A DNA stretch of 58,856 nucleotides, taken from NCBI GenBank assembly GCA_030550715.1, contig JAUQOU010000008.1:1-58856 (forward strand), in the 5' to 3' direction. The stretch comes from a bacterium (GTDB lineage: Bacteria > Calescibacteriota > Calescibacteriia > Calescibacteriales > Calescibacteriaceae). Below are positions 53,191 through 58,856 of the stretch, piece after piece. The notes below the pieces were generated by a model. That model did not search any database and was not told the origin of the DNA. It saw only the letters and a program-made list of their open reading frames with translations. The first letter of the stretch is position 1. Every line of letters starts with the position of its first letter. A program made the translations under genes and the position numbers.

Positions 53191-54147
53191 TTATGAGGTT
53201 TCTCGTTTTGTGTTTTTTGTAAAGAGGTAGTAAAACACCGCCATCCTCACCGCAACTCCATTTCTGACCTGCTCAAATATAGCAGAAGAATCAGAATAAG
53301 CAACAGATGGCTCTATTTCAACTCCAAGATTCATCGGTCCAGGATGCATTATGATAACGCTATCTTTTTTTCTTCTTTTTATCTCATCTAAAAACCTCTG
53401 GTTAAGCCCCCAGAACTCGTTATACTCTCGGTCCGATGGTATTATGAAATTTCCGTGTCTTTCTTTTTGCAATCGCAGAGCCATTATAAAGTCAGAAGAG
53501 AAAACCTCATCATCAAAAAAATTCTTGACTTTTACTCCGAAAAATTTTTCTATATCTTTTGGTAAAGTTGTGTAAGATGATACAACTATAACATTTAAGC
53601 CGACCTTTGAAAACAGTTTTATTCCACTTCTCGCTACTCTGCTGTGCATTATATCTCCAACAATAGAAATAGTAGCTCCTTTGATTTCACTCAGCTTCCT
53701 CACTCCTTTTTTCAGCATCATAGTGAGTAGGTCTAAAAGAGCTTGTGTTGGATGTTCATTTTTCCCATCTCCCCCGTTTATTGTTGGTATCTTAGCAAGG
53801 TCTGCTATAAGATGAGGGAACCCTTCTCCTTTATGTCTCACGACTATGAAGTCCGCTCCGAGAGATTTTATTGTTTTTATGGTATCTGCTAACGATTCGC
53901 CCTTTTCTATTGATGAACCCTTGTCAGAGAGATTTATTGTATCTGCAGAAAGTGTTTTCGCTGCAAGCTCAAAAGAAACTCTGGTGCGAGTTGAAGGTTC
54001 AAAAAACATAAGAAAAACAGTCCGACCGCGCAAAGTAGGAACTTTTTTTATATCTCTTCCCAAAATCTCAAGCATAGAAAAAGATAAGTCCATTATGTTC
54101 TCAACATCAGAAAAACTCAGGTCATCCACCGATAGAAGATGATGCAT
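53191..54147 (-). CDS. pyrB: Aspartate carbamoyltransferase catalytic subunit
   Basis: FFEPSTRT, HPTQALLD, RLQKER and MHPGP motifs; start placed at MHHLLS. Confidence 0.97.
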   Translation of the reverse strand: MHHLLSVDDLSFSDVENIMDLSFSMLEILGRDIKKVPTLRGRTVFLMFFEPSTRTRVSFELAAKTLSADTINLSDKGSSIEKGESLADTIKTIKSLGADFIVVRHKGEGFPHLIADLAKIPTINGGDGKNEHPTQALLDLLTMMLKKGVRKLSEIKGATISIVGDIMHSRVARSGIKLFSKVGLNVIVVSSYTTLPKDIEKFFGVKVKNFFDDEVFSSDFIMALRLQKERHGNFIIPSDREYNEFWGLNQRFLDEIKRRKKDSVIIMHPGPMNLGVEIEPSVAYSDSSAIFEQVRNGVAVRMAVFYYLFTKNTKRETS

Positions 54148-54208
54148 ACCAAAAAACACTTTAATTTTTCTCGTTGCTATTTCAAAATTTCCATACAAAA
54201 TGAAAAGT

Positions 54209-54248
54209 TAAACAAAAACTTGAAAATTCCGAGTAAATAAATTAAATT
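54209..54248 (+). promoter_or_regulatory. Candidate overlapping promoters for the flagellin gene
   Basis: Sigma28-like TAAA-15 nt-TCCGAGTA (54209-54235) and sigma70-like TTGAAA-17 nt-TAAATT (54220-54248). Confidence 0.4.
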
Positions 54249-54253
54249 ATAAA

Positions 54254-54313
54254 TTGTCTCTCCCTCTCAATATGGGGGAGGGGCAAGGAAGCCAAAAAAT
54301 AAAGCAAGGAGGT
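54254..54313 (+). promoter_or_regulatory. Structured flagellin leader with two CsrA-type GGA sites
   Basis: Long hairpin 54254-54286; mini-hairpin GGC-AAGGAA-GCC at 54282-54293; second GCAAGGA overlapping the SD. Confidence 0.6.
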
Positions 54314-54321
54314 AAAAGAAA

Positions 54322-55584
54322 ATGGCAACACCAGTCAGAACAAACCCAGCAGGTCTTGTAGCAGCAGAAGACCTAAGGCGTATCACCATTGAACTTGGAG
54401 GCACCATGAAACGCCTCCAAACCGGTTTCAGGGTCAACTCCGCATCAGAAGACGTCGGCGCTCTCGTTCAATCTAATATACTCACACGCGCTCTTGATGC
54501 ACTACAAATCGCCTCTGAACAGGTCGCAAAAGCTGACTCACTCCTGACAAAAATAGAAGATACCGTAAAACGCATATACGACCTCCTATCTCAAATGAAG
54601 CAAAACGCTGAACGTGCTACCCAATCCACTGACTCCCAAGAAATATCATCTCTTCAAGCTTCTTCTGATGCTCTATACCAAGAAATAAGAAAAATCGCAC
54701 GCTCTACCGTCTTCCAAAAGCAACAGCTAATAAGAGGTGGTATCGGAAACAGAATGATAGCTCCCGTCACTCTTGGCGGCGGTTCTGCCCCAACTCTTTA
54801 CAGAGTCAACTTCGATGTCTCTGGTATAAACCTTGCAGGTTATGCTTCTGGAACTCTTGCTGACACCGCTGCACCTAACCTCGTCACAGTTATAGGGAAC
54901 GGAACAGCAGGAGCTATGTTCACAAACTCTATCGCTTATGGTCAGCAAGCTTCTATAAACTTCCAAGTAGGTGGAGGTATTGCAACAGCTGAGCTGTACA
55001 TAGGTGGAAATCCTGTCTTCACAGAAGCAATCAGAATAAACTTCACGGGAGCACAGGTCCTTGACTTTACAAACCTCGGTTTCAGAGTATATGTTGAAGA
55101 TGTTGCAACACTGTTTGGACCGGGTAGCACAATAGCAGCCACAGCAATAACTATTCAGAGAGAGGAAGCGAGGGTGTTCAGGGGAACTCATGTTGGAAGT
55201 GAGATGGACTACACACACTTTGATATTCCGAACTTAGAGCCAGAGAACCTTTTAGGTTCAGTATCTTTGGGTGGTGGAAGGATGTTCACTTTTGACTTGC
55301 GCACTGCTGCAGAAACAGCAGTAGGGCTCATAGAAGAGGCAATAAAGTATGTTGAGAATGTTAGGGCAAGGGTAGGAGCGATAAAGCATCTTATGCAGAC
55401 AGCACAGGAGCAGGTTCAGAATCAGAGGATAATAGCACAGGTTCAGAGGTCAGCCGTAATAGACACGAAGTTCGATGAGGAGGCGTTGCGACTGACATCG
55501 TTGCAGGTAGTTCAGCAGAGCGCTAACGCTATGGTTGCTATATCACGTCTCACTCCACAACTTGTCCTTCAGCTATTTGCATAA
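54322..55584 (+). CDS. fliC: Flagellin (divergent)
   Basis: N-terminal RTN...RLQTGFRVNSASED; C-terminal RARVGA...S.VIDT.F.EE...L...QVVQQ...PQLVLQL. Confidence 0.85.
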   Translation: MATPVRTNPAGLVAAEDLRRITIELGGTMKRLQTGFRVNSASEDVGALVQSNILTRALDALQIASEQVAKADSLLTKIEDTVKRIYDLLSQMKQNAERATQSTDSQEISSLQASSDALYQEIRKIARSTVFQKQQLIRGGIGNRMIAPVTLGGGSAPTLYRVNFDVSGINLAGYASGTLADTAAPNLVTVIGNGTAGAMFTNSIAYGQQASINFQVGGGIATAELYIGGNPVFTEAIRINFTGAQVLDFTNLGFRVYVEDVATLFGPGSTIAATAITIQREEARVFRGTHVGSEMDYTHFDIPNLEPENLLGSVSLGGGRMFTFDLRTAAETAVGLIEEAIKYVENVRARVGAIKHLMQTAQEQVQNQRIIAQVQRSAVIDTKFDEEALRLTSLQVVQQSANAMVAISRLTPQLVLQLFA

Positions 55585-55599
55585 AAGGAAATCGTCAGA

Positions 55600-55635
55600 G
55601 GGAATAGGGGAAATAGGAAAAATCCCCCTGTTCCC
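55600..55635 (+). terminator. Hairpin after flagellin
   Basis: GGGAATAGGGG pairs with CCCCTGTTCCC; lies between convergent genes. Confidence 0.6.
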
Positions 55636-55686
55636 CACTTCTCAAATTTCAAGCACAAGATTAATTTAAGATAAGGCAGAGAAAAA

Positions 55687-56643
55687 CTACATTGTGTACA
55701 AAATATACTTTGATATGTAGTAGTACAAAGGTATGGTAAAAAGCAGGCTATCTACTCTATCGAGAACACCGCCGTGTCCAGGAATTAATGAGCTTGAATC
55801 TTTCAGATGAACATCTCTTTTAAGAGCTGACTCTGCAAAGTCGCCAAGGAGACCAAAAAAAGCAGAAACAAATCCGAGAAGAATCCACATAAGCACATTT
55901 CCGCTGGCTCCGAAAGAGAACTTCAAAATAAGAGAAACAATAATTGAGAAAAGGGCGCCACCTAAAAATCCTTCAACGGTTTTGCCGGGAGATATCTTTT
56001 CAGCAATCTTGGTTTTGCCAAATCTTTTACCGAAAAAGTATGCACCTATATCTGCAAAAGCTGTTGTAGCAACCGCAAACAGAAAAAAGAATAGCCCCGG
56101 GTCTATCTTTGAAAAATTCGGTGATTTTACCTCCGAGCCGATATTTCGCAAAAGAACAGCGTGAGCTCCACCTAACCAGCCCACATACACTATCCCAAAG
56201 TATGTCATCATGACTTTTTCTATCGTTCCTTTGAACTCGCGAGAAATTATCTGAACAAAAAATATAGCAATAAGCGAAAATGTCAAAAGAGCAAATAGCA
56301 TCTCAGAAGGAGCAAAATAAGATATAAATGGTATTGAAACAGATATACCCGTCCCGACTAATGTATATGGATTTTCGCCTTTTAGCTCAAGCAACCTGTA
56401 AATCTCAATTGATGCAAGAGCAACAAATATCACCACAAAGAACACAAAAAATATTCCGCCCTTTATGGTAAAAAAAAGAGCTATACCCGCAAGAACAATA
56501 CCAGATACAACTCTTTTATATATCTCCTCATAGTTCCATGTTAATTCTGATTTCCTTCTCTCAATCGTTTGAGAAACCCTCTTTACATGCTCGCCGTATT
56601 TTTCTTTGTCGCGCATGAAAATCAAAAATTTTTTATCCTTCAA
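55687..56643 (-). CDS. cdsA: Phosphatidate cytidylyltransferase
   Basis: DIGAYFFG, ISPGKTVEG and GDFAESALKR...KDS..LIPGHGGVLDRVDS motifs; start uncertain. Confidence 0.95.
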   Translation of the reverse strand: MKDKKFLIFMRDKEKYGEHVKRVSQTIERRKSELTWNYEEIYKRVVSGIVLAGIALFFTIKGGIFFVFFVVIFVALASIEIYRLLELKGENPYTLVGTGISVSIPFISYFAPSEMLFALLTFSLIAIFFVQIISREFKGTIEKVMMTYFGIVYVGWLGGAHAVLLRNIGSEVKSPNFSKIDPGLFFFLFAVATTAFADIGAYFFGKRFGKTKIAEKISPGKTVEGFLGGALFSIIVSLILKFSFGASGNVLMWILLGFVSAFFGLLGDFAESALKRDVHLKDSSSLIPGHGGVLDRVDSLLFTIPLYYYISKYILYTM

Positions 56644-56742
56644 TATAAATCAAAATTACAAATTCAATTGATACCTGATTTTTTGCTCTGAATTTTTGTT
56701 TCTTTCTCTTTTTCCGCAAGCGTATTTTCTAAATTTTCTCTT

Positions 56743-57786
56743 ATGTCTGACACCAAAAATTTTTTGAAAAAGTTAGTAGATGGAAAAAGTTTGAGTTTTG
56801 ACGAAGCTAAAAAATGCGCAGAACTCATAATATCTGGCAGTATCTCTCAAACACTTACAAGCGCAATTTTGATTGCCCTGAGAATGAAAGGAGAGACCCC
56901 CGAAGAAATAGCTGGATTCGCCTACGCTATGAGAGAGAGCTCAGTAAAGCCCGAAATACCACCAGATATAAAACCCATAGATACCTGCGGAACCGGAGGA
57001 GATGGGATAGGAACTTTCAACGCCTCAACCTGCTCAGCGATAATTTTAGCTTCGCTTGGAATTCCCATTGCAAAGCACGGCAATAGAGCTGTCTCGTCTC
57101 AAATCGGCTCGGCAGATATTCTCGAAAAAATCGGAGTGAAAATAGAAGTAAAACCCGAAGATGTCTCCAAAGAACTCAGAACAAAAAACTTTGTTTTCCT
57201 ATTCGCTCCGTTGTATCACCCCGCTATGAAAAATGTCGCTCCTGTTAGACGAGAACTCGGAATAAGAACTATCTTCAACCTTTTAGGACCTCTTACAAAT
57301 CCAGCACGGGTAAAAAGGCAGATAATAGGTGTCTTCTCCCCAGATTATGCGGAAAAAATAGCAGATGCCTTACTTGAACTTGAACCTGAAAAAGTCCTTA
57401 TTTTCTCAGGAGAAATAGGAGAAGGGAAATTCATAGATGAGATATCTCCATCGGGTAGAACATTTTTTTTCTATGTTGAAGGAAGACGGAAAGAATCTTT
57501 TTCCATAGACGCAAGAGACATTTTGAAAAAGCCGGTTTCCCCAGAAAAAATCGGTTATAGTGGTAAAGCAGAAGATGAGTTTTTATCTGTGCTTGAAGGT
57601 AAAGCAGAAGAAGAACTCGTTGATTTTGTAGCTTTGAATGTTGGCGCGGGATTATTCATCGTAGAGAAAGCGAAAGACATAAAAGACGGATATGAAAAAG
57701 CAAAGGAGTTTATACTATCTGGCAAAGCAAAAAAATTCTATGAAGAAAAACTAAAACAAAATGAGCTAAAAAGCTTACCCTCCTAA
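56743..57786 (+). CDS. trpD: Anthranilate phosphoribosyltransferase
   Basis: DTCGTGGDG, KHGNRAVSS..GSAD and RTIFNLLGPLTNP motifs. Confidence 0.97.
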   Translation: MSDTKNFLKKLVDGKSLSFDEAKKCAELIISGSISQTLTSAILIALRMKGETPEEIAGFAYAMRESSVKPEIPPDIKPIDTCGTGGDGIGTFNASTCSAIILASLGIPIAKHGNRAVSSQIGSADILEKIGVKIEVKPEDVSKELRTKNFVFLFAPLYHPAMKNVAPVRRELGIRTIFNLLGPLTNPARVKRQIIGVFSPDYAEKIADALLELEPEKVLIFSGEIGEGKFIDEISPSGRTFFFYVEGRRKESFSIDARDILKKPVSPEKIGYSGKAEDEFLSVLEGKAEEELVDFVALNVGAGLFIVEKAKDIKDGYEKAKEFILSGKAKKFYEEKLKQNELKSLPS

Positions 57787-58854
57787 CCTCAAAAATTTGC
57801 CAAGAGAAGAAAGAACTTTATTGATGATTTTATTTAAAGCGTAATTTCCTATCCTTATATCAGAAGGTCTTACAAGGTAATTTGGGGCCGCAATTCCCCA
57901 GCTCTGCTCCTTTGGTAAGCAAGAATCATTCTTAGATAATTCGTAGGTTGAGATAAAAAGAGAGTTGTCAAAGGTTGGGTCAGCAAAAGGTATATATAGT
58001 GGTCCTCCTGCAACACAATCTTTTTCTATCGTAACTCCTTCTGGATATAAATCCGATACTTTGGATACTTTGCCAGGAAAAGTTAAGGAAAAAAGATGTT
58101 CAGAGTCAGAAAAGTGTTCTTTATCTTCGCTACCGCTTTCTGTTTCAAACACGAAAAGAAATGTATCGCCTTGCTTTGCGACAAAAGGCAGTAGAGAGCG
58201 AAGCGATTTCGGCTTGAAAAACTCTGACGGAACTATGGCTATATCTACTTTAGTCAAATCTTTAGTCAAATCTTGGAATTTTTTGAAGGGCGGAGGTAGG
58301 GTTAAACCTTCTATTACAGTTAAGGAAGGAAAATCTTCCATTACTCTTATACATCCATCATTCTGAAATTCCTTCTGAAATTCTTCTTTCTTATTAGGAT
58401 CATAATGAGGGTACTTCTTTATTCTGTTATCTTCTACAATACAAGTTCTTTTACCTGTTAAACTTTCAGACCACTTGTTCAGGGTAGGTGATACTAAATT
58501 GCCAAATATTCCAGCAACACCGCATACATTCAAATTTTTTACATTTTCTACAATTTCAGGTGCAATTCCAGATAAAATTGAGCTTATCATCAATACCGAT
58601 GCTTCGTTTCCGTTCTTATCGCACTGCTGATCTAACTCTCTCATAAATTCTCCAAGATTTTTCAGAGAGTCAGCAAGATCTGTTGCGGACTTAGACCATA
58701 AATTTGCTCTATCTTTATTTAAAGTAAGAAGTTCTGGATTGACAGCAAAAAGATGCCCGAGCTTTGAAAGTGTCAAAAGAAGATTATTATTCTGTTCTTT
58801 GAGAAGCTTCCTTATGAAATCAAAAGTATATGTCAAGCTTATGTTGTAGTTTTG
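57775..58854 (-). CDS. Hypothetical protein, C-terminal part (paralogue family member C; start lies outside window)
   Basis: Frame stays open to the window edge (QNYNISLTYTFDF...); motifs shared with the two large lipoproteins. Confidence 0.8.
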   Translation of the reverse strand, partial: QNYNISLTYTFDFIRKLLKEQNNNLLLTLSKLGHLFAVNPELLTLNKDRANLWSKSATDLADSLKNLGEFMRELDQQCDKNGNEASVLMISSILSGIAPEIVENVKNLNVCGVAGIFGNLVSPTLNKWSESLTGKRTCIVEDNRIKKYPHYDPNKKEEFQKEFQNDGCIRVMEDFPSLTVIEGLTLPPPFKKFQDLTKDLTKVDIAIVPSEFFKPKSLRSLLPFVAKQGDTFLFVFETESGSEDKEHFSDSEHLFSLTFPGKVSKVSDLYPEGVTIEKDCVAGGPLYIPFADPTFDNSLFISTYELSKNDSCLPKEQSWGIAAPNYLVRPSDIRIGNYALNKIINKVLSSLGKFLRLGG

Positions 58855-58856
58855 AG

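Overview
AT-rich, purine-loaded, gene-dense chromosomal segment from what looks like a deep-branching, probably thermophilic, diderm (LPS-making) bacterium. This is inferred from K/E/I-rich proteins, an lpxK-like gene, a TolC-type protein and a GroEL without the GGM tail. Most of it is shuffled housekeeping genes: groES-groEL, manC, nadC, gyrB, proA, fmt, hemB, ispF, rplS, lpxK, gcvPB, nagZ, ligA, dnaG plus a sigma70, pyrB, cdsA and trpD. Accessory content includes a CoA-dependent catabolic cluster (acyl-CoA dehydrogenase, MmgE/PrpD, HMG-CoA-synthase-like/DUF35 fusion, BadI-like and BadH-like enzymes), a CzcCBA-type RND efflux operon, an EAL phosphodiesterase, an orphan DctP and an orphan divergent flagellin. 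I saw no tRNA, rRNA, CRISPR array, transposase or integrase. Best leads: (1) three dispersed paralogues of a large Cys-containing (lipo)protein family I cannot name, sharing an ordered motif series; (2) the sigma factor at the dnaG-rpoD position lacks region 1.1 and has Pro in place of the first Trp of the promoter-melting WW dyad; (3) the flagellin gene has a structured leader with CsrA-type GGA sites and a mirror-image C-rich/G-rich composition. All calls come from visual motif recognition; no database search was run.
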